Shown here one piece after another: positions 11,750 through 22,099 of a stretch of 64,000 bases of DNA. The stretch covers positions 55,802,001 through 55,866,000 of the forward strand of contig NC_058368.1 of NCBI RefSeq assembly GCF_018350175.1. The letters run 5' to 3'. The notes under the pieces are model-generated. The model saw nothing but the letters and a program-made list of their open reading frames with translations, made no database searches and had not been told where the DNA came from. Position numbers and translations under genes: made by a program. Position 1 is the stretch's first letter. Each line of letters opens with the position of its first letter. This DNA comes from Felis catus (lineage: Eukaryota).

Positions 11750-13930
11750 CTATTGTCAACTATAGTCATTAGTTATACAATTTTTCCTCAGAATTTTCAC
11801 TTATTCATCTTAAAACTGAAGTTCTGTTTCTTTTCCCCAACACCTCCTCATTTCTCCCAACTCTCGACCCTCGTAAACAGCATTATACTCTGTTTCTGTG
11901 AGTTTGGCTTATTTAGATTCCACAAATAAATGAAGTCATACAGTGTTTGTCTTTCTCTGTCTGATTAGTTTCACTTAGCATAATGCCTTCAAGGTCCATC
12001 CATGTTGCAAAGGCAAGATTTCCTTGTTTCTAATGGCCGCGTAGTATTATATGTAAATATATATAATTTTATATATATATATAATTTTATAAATATATAT
12101 AATTATATATATATATAAAATAAGTAATACTATTAGTATACATGGAGATTCCTCCATATATATAATTAATTTCTGGATTGTATTGTAGTTCTATTTATGA
12201 GGAGCCTCCATAGTGTTTTCCAAAGTGGAGTTACAGTTTACATTCCCACCAACAGGATGAAAGTGTTCCCTTTTCTCCATATCCTTGCCAACATGTCTTA
12301 TCTCTTATCTCTTTGACAATAGACATTCTAACATGTGTGAAGTGGTATCTCATTGTGGTTTTGATTTGCATTTCTCTGATGATTACTGATGCTGAGCACC
12401 TTTTAATGTACCTGTTAGTTATTTGTATATCTTTGTTGGAAAAATGTTTAGGCTTTTGCCAATATTAATCCCTTATTAGATGATACATGGTTTGCAAATA
12501 TGTTCTGCTGTTCCATAAATTGCCGTTTCATATTGTTGATGATTTCCTTTGCTCTTTAGAAGCTTTACAGTTTGATGTAATCCCAATTGTTTATTTTTGC
12601 TTATGTTGCTTTGGATTTTGTTGTCTAGACCAAAAACTCATTGCCAAGACCAACAGCAAGGAGCTTATTACCTCCTATGTTTTCTTCTAGGAGTTTTGTA
12701 GTCTCAGGTCTTATGTTCAAGTCTTTAATATTTTGAGTTGATTTTTGTGTATGGTATAAGACAGGAGTCTTTTTGCATGTTGATATCCAATTTCCCAGCA
12801 CCAATTATTGAACAGACTTTTTTTTTCATCATTGAATATTTTTGGTTTATTTTTTGCAAATTAATTGACCATATTTGTAATTCTAGCCTCTAGAAATTTC
12901 TAGTCTTTTAATTCTGTTGTATTAGTCTTATTTACCTATTTGTTTATTTGTAGCCTCTGAGTTCTGTTGCATTAATCTATGTGTTTGCTTTTATGCCAGA
13001 ACTAAAGCTTTGTGATACAGTTTAAAGTAAGAAAGTGTGATGTCTCTGGGTTTGTTTTTTTTTTTTTCTCTAGGTTGTTTTGGCTAGTTGGAGTCTTTTG
13101 AGGTTCCATACAAATTTTAGGATTATTTTGCTTTCTGTGAAAAATGCCATTGGAATTTTTATAGGAATTACATTGAATGTATAGATTGCTTTGGGTAGTA
13201 TGGACATTTTAACAATATAAATTTTTCAAATCCATGAGCATGGAATAACTTTTTAAAATTTTTTGTCTTTTTCAATTTCTTTTATCAATGTTTTATACTT
13301 TTCAGTGCACAGATCTTTCACCTCTTTGGTAAAATTTATTTCTTAGCGTTTTATTTTTTATTTTTTGATGCTATTGTGAATGGGATTATTTTCTTAATTT
13401 CTCTTTCTGATAGTTTATTGTTAGTGTATAAAAATGCAACTGGTTGTGTATCCTGCAATTTTACTGAATTTACAAGTTCTAACAGGCTTTTGATGGAATC
13501 TTTAAGATTTTCTGTCTATAAAAATCACAACATCTCCAAACAGAGACAATTTTACCTTTTTCTTTCCCATGGCATGCCTTTTATTCCTTTCTCTTGCATA
13601 ATTGCTCTGGTTAAAACTTCCAGTACCATGTTTATTTAATAAAAGTAGCAAGTCTAAGCTTCTTTGTCTTGTTTTTGATCTTTGAGGAAATTTTTTCAGC
13701 CGTTCACCATGTTAGATGTGGGCTTGTCGTATGTAGGTGTTTATTATGTTGAGGTACATTCATTCTGTACCCAATTTGTTGAGAGTTTTAATCATAAGAG
13801 AATGTTGAATTTTCTCAAATGCTTTTTCTACATCTATCAATATTATCATATGATTTTCATCGTTTATTTTGTTAATATGATGTATCACGTATATTGATTT
13901 GTGTATGGGACTATCCTTGCATCCCCAGAA
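11750..13930 (-). mobile_element. L1MA-like element, 3' end to mid-ORF2
   Basis: Antisense L1 3'UTR and ORF2 motifs (cattcccaccaacag, tctcattgtggttttgatttgcat). Confidence 0.85.
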
Positions 13931-15155
13931 AATAATCTACCAAATATTTAAGAAGAAATTATAGCAATTTTCTACGATCTCTTTCAAAGTATAAAAAAGC
14001 AAAGGGAATACATTTTAACTCATTCTATGATGCCAGCATCACCTGCATACTAAAACCAGACAATTTTATAAGAAAACTATAGACCAATATGTCTATGTAC
14101 ACAGATGGATTTTTTTCACCAAAATTATAGAAAATTGAATCCAGCAATGTATGAAAAGAACACTATTACCAAGAGGGGTTTAGCCCCAAGTGTACAAGAC
14201 TGGTTCAACATTAGAAAATCAATTAATTTAATCCATTATATTAACAAACTAAAAGAGAAAAATCTGAAGTTTTGACAAAACCTAATACTCAGTTCATGAT
14301 AAAAACTCCCAGTAAACTGGAAATAGAGGGGAACTTTTTCAACTTGATAATTAATATCTTCAAAAAAACACAGATAAAAGCATACTCAATGGTGAGAAAA
14401 TGGAAGCATTCCCTCTAAGATCAGGCATTACACAAGGATATTCGCTTCCACAACTTCATTTCAAAGTCATACTGGATAGGGCGCCTGGGTGCCTCAGTCG
14501 GTTGAGCCTCCGACTTCGGCTCAGGTCATGATCTCACTGTTCCTGAGTTCAAGCCCTGCATTGGGCTCTGTGCTCAGAGCCTGGAGCCTGCTTCAGATTC
14601 TGTGTCCCCCTCTCTCTCTGCACCACCCTTGCTTGTGCTCTGTCTCTCTCTGTCTTTCAAAAATGAATAAACATAAAAAAATCCAAAATCATACTGGAAA
14701 TTCTTTTTACCAAGAGGAAATAAAAGTTATACAGATTAGAAAGAAAGAAATAAAACTGCTGTTGTTTACAAATAACCTAATTGTCTATGAAGATATTCTG
14801 AAAGATTTGGAAAAAACAAAACAAACAAAAAAACCCCACAAAAAACCACCCCGGAACTAATAAGGGATTGTACTAAATTTCCAGGATAGAAGGTTAATGT
14901 AAAAAATCAACCACTCTTCTATATACTAGCAATGAATAGGTGGAATTAGAAATTAAAAACATAATTTACATTTTAGCACCTCAAAATTACATTTAGCACC
15001 ATTTACATTAGCACCTCAAAAATTAACATATCTAACAAAATGTATACAACTTGTATTTGAGAAAAAAAATGACAAAATTCTGATGAACAAAATCAAAGGA
15101 GCACTAAATAAAAGGATAAATTTTCCATGTTTATGGATTGGAATACTCAATATTG
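13931..15155 (+). mobile_element. Old L1 ORF2 fragment with a nested CanSINE (14478-14682)
   Basis: aactcattctatga..gccagcatcacc and ctggttcaacattagaaaatcaattaat RT-region motifs. Confidence 0.8.
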
Positions 15156-15277
15156 CCTCTCTGGAAAATATATCAACCGCTTGAGAAACACTTGAGGTAT
15201 TTGCTGATAATAATGAACATATTATAAACTCATATGAAGTATAGTACCAATTGCTTTCATTTAAGAACCAGATTCGA
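15156..15277 (-). pseudogene. Exon remnant, repeat-2 S3, truncated by L1
   Basis: 40 open codons RIWFLNESNWYYTSYEFIICSLLSANTSSVSQAVDIFSRE resemble [21 protein letters not shown]...ADVDIILS. Confidence 0.55.
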
Positions 15278-15279
15278 CT

Positions 15280-16740
15280 AATAATTTACTACCTATTATG
15301 TGCCAGGGACTGTGTTAGGTGATGGAAATATAGCAATGAAAAAAAGAAAAAAATCCTACTCTCCATCAGTAAATATACCAATGTTCAAAGGAGAGAAAGA
15401 CTTTAAACAAATAACTGTATAAAACTTAACAACATCAGCCAATGTTAAGTTTTACAAAGAATGATACAAATAATTATGAAAAATGTGAAAAAGGCAGTGT
15501 ATTTTATATAGGGTAGTCATGGAAGGACCTCAGTTACTGGAACTATTTAAACTTTTAACTATTTAGGGGCGCCTGGGTGGTTCAGTCGGTTAAGAGTCTG
15601 ACTCTTGATTTTGGCTCAGGTCATGATCTCATGGTGTGTGAGTTCAAGCCCTGCATCGGGCTCCGTGCTGACAGTGCAGAACCTGCTTGGGATTCTATCT
15701 CTCTCCCTCCCTCTCTTCCCCTCCCCCACTCACTCTCTCTGTCTCTCTGTCTCTCAAAAATAAATAAATAAAACTTAAAAAAATTAAAAAAAATAAATTT
15801 TTAACTAACTTTTGAACTTGTGAGTATCTGGGGAAAAGAGCATCACAGAGTGAATAGCAATTTTTTAGTTCTTAAGGCAAGGGTGTGCTAGACATGTCCA
15901 AGGAATAAAGAGGAGGCCAATAAAATTGAACATAGTAAACAAAATGGAGAGAGGGAAGTGTTGATACTGTAACCATAGCCAAGGACTGTATCAGAAGTGA
16001 CAATATAGGCCATAATAATTTCTTTGAGGTTCTACTGCTTGAGATGAGGAGTATAGTCAGAGTCTCTATGCAGCTGCTTTGAGTTGCAGTTTTAAAGGAT
16101 GTTTCGGGGCCCCTCAGTGGCTCAGTTGATTAAACCTCTGACTCTTGATTTTAGCTCAGGTCATGATATCACAGTTGGTGGAATAGAGCTTGCTTGAGAT
16201 TCTCTTTCTCCCTCTCTCTGCCTTTCCCCCAACTTGTACTGTCTCTCTCTCTCTCTCTCTCTCAAAATAAGTAAATAAACTTTAATAAACAAATAAATAT
16301 TAAAAAATAAAAATACAGGATGTCTCTGGTTGTAGTATGGAAAAAGTATAAGTGCAAAGTGATCACTTATGAGATTGTTGAACAATATATGGAAAGTATT
16401 ATGAAGTCAGAATATAGGTGAGGGAGGTGAAAATAATTTGCTTTTTGATACATTATAAAGAAGAGCTAATTTATTAGGGGATTAGAATTGGTGTATGGCA
16501 GAAAGAAGTCAAAATGTTACTACCAAAGTTTCTGACCTGAGTAACTGAAATAATAATAATAATACTAATAACAATAATAACAACTATTATTACTATTATT
16601 GTTAATTAGATGGGAAATAGGGAAGGAAGCAAAAGGTATGAAAATGATATGTAAGTAACAAGAAATAGTCTTTGGAAATATTAATTTTGTTATGCTTATT
16701 AGATATCATGGTGGAAATGTTTGTTGAGTAGGCAGTGTAA
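15280..16740. mobile_element. L2 fragments with two nested CanSINEs (15565-15795, 16106-16312)
   Basis: acctattatgtgccaggg L2 3' end and gtttctgacctgagtaactg motif. Confidence 0.7.
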
Positions 16741-16838
16741 ATATTCACATTTTTAATTTATGGATTTTTTCATATATATATTATACTGCTTCTTTGGAGA
16801 ATTATTTTTTGATTTAATGTAAAATAAGAAGATCTTAT

Positions 16839-17072
16839 TTAGACATGATCTTGACTAACCAGAGTGCATATTTTCTTATTTTGGACATAAATGACAGCAT
16901 ATTTTATGACTATTTTCTAGGTTACCAGAATTATGCTTGTGTAACATTCAGCGCTTACCATGAGAATATACACTGAAGAAATGGACAGTGTGATGTTTTT
17001 ATGCAACTAAGGTAAGGGGGGAAAATGGAATATTGCTCTTTCATAAACTAATTCCTCTATGATCAATATTAG
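16839..17072 (-). pseudogene. Exon remnant(s), repeat-2 S1-S2
   Basis: ttttttcag acceptor. 17072-16959 reads LILIIEELVYERAIFHFPPLP*LHKNITLSISSVYILM (gtaagc donor), resembling VVMVIETELSW...LKCLISLSTIILL. 16916-16839 reads KIVIKYAVIYVQNKKICTLVSQDHV* in the same frame. Confidence 0.6.
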
Positions 17073-17271
17073 CTGAAAAAATGTGTTTTACCTCAAAATC
17101 CAAACATATATTTTAAATTTATTTTAAATATATTTATTTCATCTTAAATTTATTTTAAATAGAAAAAATGGGAAAATAGTATGTTTCTCAGGAATAAATC
17201 AGTGACTGGTATTGAGTTGATTTTGGAAGTAGAAGCATGATTCTTATGTCTACTCTTTAATATATCCTCTT

Positions 17272-17398
17272 TCCAGTTGACTTGGAATTAGACTAAATCC
17301 TATTCCTGCAGAGATAATAGAAATTCTTCTACCAAATTCCTAGTGGAAGTTGTTAGTATTTTTTGGACATGCAAGATGAGATTTTTCATTTCTTAAAA
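17272..17398 (-). pseudogene. Exon remnant, repeat-1 pore and S6
   Basis: 90-nt upstream intron with CTAAC and a long pyrimidine tract. EFGRRISIISAGIGFSL resembles YCGKGVCLLTGIMGAGC. The 3' boundary is uncertain. Confidence 0.5.
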
Positions 17399-17488
17399 CT
17401 AGGTATGGCAGAAAAGAAGAAATGTTAGTTGATTATTCATGTAGTGTTACAGGTGGCATCTTAAGATTATGATAGTAGCAACACCCAC

Positions 17489-17689
17489 CCTGTAAGTGAA
17501 ACAAGTCATGGTTCCATTATTTATAGCAATACCAACAAGAGATATGGACATGAGCATTGACTTGGGTGATATTTCTGAAGAAAGGTACTGATCAGAATTC
17601 TCTTTTTAAGAGCTTTTACTATAAGAAAAGATCCTTAGAATCCTTCTTAGTCAAACATAATTCCTTTGAGTTTATTTAGCTTTATACAT
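17489..17689 (-). pseudogene. Exon remnant, repeat-1 S4-S5 linker and S5
   Basis: Strong acceptor ...ccccatccctatag, gtgggt donor, phase 2-2, 201 nt. CIKLNKL...STFLQKYHP...LL*IMEP*LVSLTG resembles SIGALNKI...KTLMTICP...[14 protein letters not shown]. Confidence 0.6.
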
Positions 17690-17833
17690 CTATAGGGATG
17701 GGGATATGGAGGAGTAGGGAGAGATATAAACCACAAACACCTTTGTGAAAAGTTGTGTCTTGGGAAAGGGCTCAGACAATTATCATATAGGCATTATGAT
17801 AAATGATTAATGACATGTGCTGCTTTTGAATAC

Positions 17834-18163
17834 TTTCAAGTCCCTATCTTTGAACTTTGTGATTTACAGTTGGTTGTGATGAACCATAAAACAACTTTTA
17901 AAAATGTTATTTCTCTTTTTATTATCAGTGTCATTATGACAGTACCTATTTTAATATTTTAAATTGCAAATATTCAGCATTTAGTAAATGTGCATTAATA
18001 GATTTTCTGTATGTTACACTGGGAAAATAGCCAAAATTTATTTCACTCTTTCCTAGCTCTAAACAACGCACTGACACGTATGCAAGCTTCTTGTATGTCT
18101 ATGTCTTCTTTGATTATTGGGAATGAGGCTTTTTTCTAAGCATTGATTTCAGCTTCTCAGATA
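17834..18163 (-). pseudogene. Exon remnant, repeat-1 S3-S4
   Basis: Acceptor tttgtttccctgcatcttattttag. TYKKLAYVSVRCLEL resembles [12 protein letters not shown]. After a 1-nt deletion, GTVIMTLIIKREITFLKVVLW resembles [21 protein letters not shown]. Confidence 0.55.
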
Positions 18164-18292
18164 CTAAAATAAGATGCAGGGAAACAAAGCTCACATATTC
18201 ATGAGTTTTTGCGCTAATGATAAGATTTTGTTTCTATACTTCAAGTTATAATCATTTGAATAGAATACATATAATATATAGTAGGAACTTAC

Positions 18293-18302
18293 AAATAGCC
18301 TT
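18293..18302 (-). pseudogene. Putative 10-nt microexon
   Basis: ctaatttaatatttgtaatctag/AAGGCTATTT/gtaagt. It converts phase 0 to the phase 1 required by the next exon. Confidence 0.4.
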
Positions 18303-18426
18303 CTAGATTACAAATATTAAATTAGATTTGAAACCTTAGGTTATTATTCTGTTACTTCTATGTGATACTAAGAAAGACTCTAGTGCATATCTAAATGGTG
18401 AGCTTTAGTTAAAACTATGTACTTAC

Positions 18427-18616
18427 CCAGAGAACATCTGTTCTAACAAGTGCATGTATTTTAGAGAGACCATTAACATAGATGATGATTAATATGACAT
18501 TGTAAATGATTTAGCAGGTGGCAAATATTAAGTTGCTTGACAGGATTTAACTCAATTGTAGAAATCAAAACTATGAATAGGATTCTTTAATGACTTTCCA
18601 GTATTGTGCTAAATGA
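18427..18616 (-). pseudogene. Exon remnant, repeat-1 S2
   Basis: ctaatgttttgttatattag acceptor, TGG/gtaagt donor, phase 2-0. ...NLIFATC*IIYNVILIIIYVNGLSKIHALVRTDVLW resembles KCLISLSTIILLGLIIVYH...NGADDW. Confidence 0.6.
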
Positions 18617-18755
18617 CTAATATAACAAAACATTAGCCTGTATTCAAATTAAACTCAGGTGTGGAAACATGTGAATGTTTACTACCTTTTAAAAATCTTT
18701 TTTAGATTTAGTGTTAGATCCACATATTTCTTTTTGCAAAATAAATAATCATTAC

Positions 18756-18909
18756 AGCATTTCATAACATTCCCTCGCTTTCAAAATTATTGAACCAAAT
18801 GTAATAGATGAAACATCTATTACATCTAAATATCTTCTGCTAAATTTCACATGAAGTACTCAAAAATTTGGTAGAACATCGTATCAATTTTTAGTATTTT
18901 GATTTATAC
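18756..18909 (-). pseudogene. Exon remnant, repeat-1 S1
   Basis: cccatag acceptor, gtaatg donor, phase 1-2. RRYLDVIDVSSITFGSIILKARE aligns ungapped with [23 protein letters not shown]. Confidence 0.55.
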
Positions 18910-19398
18910 CTATGGGGTGTGATTAAAGTCATAAAAATAATGTTCAGCATTTAAAATATAACAATATTGTGTTACAGTTATATATGTGTATATGTGGATA
19001 TATATGTATGCATATTTGTATATATGTATAAAAAATACATGTATACACATATATTTTTGTATATTTAAAAGTATATGAATTGTATTTTATTTCTCTAAGT
19101 ATATAACTATCTTCACTTTATGGTTTGACTCAGTTGTTTGTCATATTTATTTGAGTTCATCTGTGTAACACCAGTTTTATTCATTTTAACTCTATGTGTT
19201 ATATCATTGTAATTATATATCTCAAAGCATGTTCATTGTACTTTTGCTGGACATGTATGCTTTTTTTAATATTTTGCTATTAAAACCAATACTGTAGTCA
19301 ACATTCTTATCCATCATTTCCTTGTGCAAAACCTATGTAAATATTTCTGAGATATATGTTCAGAAATGGAATTCTTGGAATCAAAGATCTTCCTACCT

Positions 19399-20153
19399 TG
19401 TTGTATACTCTAAATCTAAAGTTCTTTCTTGGCTAGCAAGAAAGTGGGATGCAGGATTAAAATGCAAGAGATGGCTAATGTTGGGAAAAGACAAGAGCTC
19501 CCAATAAGGGTCCTTGCCCTGTTTTTATTAGGATCAGAAGGCTTACAAACATGGTGATGGACGTGCACAAACAGACAAGGAATCTGTGAACATTAACTCA
19601 TGGATGTGAGGGAAGCGAGATCTTGAAGATATTCAGGGTTGTTAGGGGTTTGGGTTAATACAAAACAAAACCCTGGCACTGGGCAGCCAGGCAGAAGGTT
19701 GTTTACAGCAGACATGAGGCACCACCTCTGTTTATCTTAGCCAGATAAGATGAGACAGTTAGAGCAGATAACCTCAGGGTTAACAAAGCACCTTTTTCTT
19801 TTGCTAATCAGCTCCACTCTGGACAGCTTCACCTGCAGAGTAGCAGTCTACAGCTATATTTACCTGTTTACCTAATTTGGTCCTTCCCTCTTGTGAAAGT
19901 AGCTTTCTGCTATAGTACTAAATTGGGGGGTGTTTTTGCCCTGAATGCCTAATCTTGCTGACCTCATATACCTTTGTATTGTGGGCCTTTGCACCCATCT
20001 CTATTCTGGGGCCTTTGCCCCTCCCTACGTTATTCTGGGAGTCTTATCTTGTTTACCCAAGCTTGGGTGAGAGTACCCTATGGCTCTGTAATTCTTTATG
20101 CATTGTTAAACCATTGGTGTAAGCCCAGGGAATTTCTAAGCTTATTCCCCACA
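19399..20153 (-). mobile_element. Solo ERV LTR inserted in an old L1M
   Basis: TG...CA ends, 6-bp TSD ctacct (19393-19398) / ctgcct (20154-20159), minus-strand AATAAA near 19525. Confidence 0.8.
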
Positions 20154-20687
20154 CTGCCTGTTACCAAATTACCCTCCTAATTGGGTGTATCAATTAATAG
20201 CCCAGTTAGCAGTACAGAATTTTTCTTTCTGCCTTGTTCTTCCTTTATTAAATTATACTGTCCTTGTGAATTTGAAAGTGTATCTCATTGCAGTTTTAAT
20301 TTTTACTCTTTAATGCACAGTGAGGTAAAGTATGTTTTTAGTAATTTTCTGGTAATTTTTTCTTCTCTGTAAATTACTTGTTCACACATCTTTTGCTCTT
20401 TGTCATATTGAGGTTTAGATTGATTTTGTATGGATTTGTAAAAGTCTTGTTTCTATTTTGTATACTATCTTTTTTCAGTTTTATATACCAACTATCTTTC
20501 CTTAAATGTTGGCTTATATTGCCTGTTTTAAAATGTCCTTTTTCATGATTCATTATTCCTTTATGTATGATTTCTACATTTCATCTTGTATTAGTACATT
20601 CCTCTATCCTGGAGGTCTACAGAAAGCCCCTTTATTAGAAATATGGTTTTAATGCATTTTACAAGTCAGTTTTAGGGTTTGTGATAC

Positions 20688-20741
20688 CTTTCAGAGCTGC
20701 TAAAAGCCCACAATATTTTGGTAACAAAAAAGTCTTAAAAT
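20688..20741 (-). pseudogene. Putative N-terminal exon
   Basis: tttttgtatcttag acceptor, AAG/gtatca donor, 54 nt, open phase 1-1 (FKTFLLPKYCGLLAALK), in phase with the S1 exon. Confidence 0.5.
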
Positions 20742-21129
20742 CTAAGATACAAAAATTTTTATTATAAATCACTCTTGACTGTAAAGTGTTAAGTCTGTTA
20801 TTTTAGAGAAAATCCAGTTTTATAATTTGATAATATTATATGTATTTTTCATCTATATGTACAATTCATACTATAGAAGAAATATATACCAATTAAGCAT
20901 ATTTTTCTTACCAAAGCATAAGGATTTGGATGAAACATTGCATTTTATTAGCAAACTCTTTGAAATAGAGGATTTATTTGAAATAGAGGATTTATCTCAC
21001 ACTCTGATAAAGTATTGTAAGTTTCAGGTCAGCATTAGTCCCAAGGCTTAAAACATTTACCAGTTTATTAAATTGTATTTTGAATATTTTTTTTGTTTCT
21101 AGATTAAATAGAGACCATGTAAAAACAAA

Positions 21130-21334
21130 ATTTTTCATTTTTTCAATGTTTATTTTGAGAGAGAGAAGGAGAGAGAGAGCCCACAAGCATGAGCAGAGCA
21201 AGGGCAGAGAGAAGGAGAGATTGAGAATCCCAAACAGAGTCCATTGTGGGACTCCATCTCAGGAACCCTGAGATTATGACCTGAACCAAAATCAAGAACC
21301 AGACACCTAACCGACTGAGCCACCCAGGTTGCCC
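21130..21334 (-). mobile_element. CanSINE
   Basis: Typical head and tail. Confidence 0.9.
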
Positions 21335-21459
21335 AATAATTTTGTTACTATTTGTGTTATTTGGAAATTATTGAAATAAGTTGAATGTTCACTGAAAATA
21401 ATTATATCTACTTAAATAAGAAAATGAAGACATAATCATAAGTGGAGTACAAAACCTAC

Positions 21460-21528
21460 ACTCTTCAATACATTACTCTTAATGCATATAATTTCTGAAG
21501 CAATATGTATATGCATTTTTATAGAATT
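21460..21528 (-). pseudogene. Putative N-terminal exon
   Basis: ttttattttctcttttag acceptor, gtaggt donor, 69 nt. Confidence 0.35.
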
Positions 21529-22099
21529 CTAAAAGAGAAAATAAAACTAAAAATTTTAGAATTCTCAATAAAATTTTCACTGAAGTAAGCATAGAAATAC
21601 ATCTGTCTATAAATTCGATTTGTACACTTTTTAAATATGTGTGCCTAATATACATGAGTGATTGCAAAACCTAAAAATGGTATTTATATGTAGATGTGTG
21701 AATTTTCATTAAGTTATTTAAAGTCTAAGAGCTTTAGAAAAGATTGCAAACTGAGAGGCTATCTTAGTAACTTAATGGAAAAGTAATCTTGTACTGGTGG
21801 TTCAATATTTTTTTCCCTGCTTTAGGACTTAGTCCTGAGAATAATCAATATGCAAAATCAGTGGAGGAACTCCCAGTGTTTAAAACCTGAATAAAAGAAC
21901 AGACAGAAGACTTTATATTTACTAAATATATCTTTGTAAATGATTATTTACTTAAAAGTATCCATAGTCAATTCAATTTCAGTGTAGAATATAAAATACA
22001 AAAATATTGACTAATCTTAATCTGTGTTATTAACAGTGTATAAGTGTATTCATATATAACTTTTTGTTTTGTTTATTTATTACTCATAAATCATTCATG

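Larger units (their letters stand above)
7345..21886 (-). pseudogene. Decayed multi-exon gene resembling SK/KCNN Ca2+-activated K+ channels, apparently with two tandem 6TM repeats plus a CaM-binding tail
   Basis: About 15-20 exon remnants on the minus strand with AG/GT ends, several 88-139 nt introns and mostly concordant phases. Hand translations match SK S1-S6 and CaMBD motifs in order. Stops, 1-nt indels and TE insertions disrupt it. Outer boundaries are uncertain. Confidence 0.7.

Noticed and set aside
17489..17950. Scrambled (reversed) exon order, from first reading EISPKS as post-filter and FLKVVLWFITT as pore helix
   Set aside because: Reassigning them to S5 and S4 gives normal order and matching phases. 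This shows that short by-eye matches here can mislead.
18865..18900. KN*YDVLP resemblance to the PTP KNRY motif
   Set aside because: No other phosphatase motifs, and the context fits the pre-S1 region.
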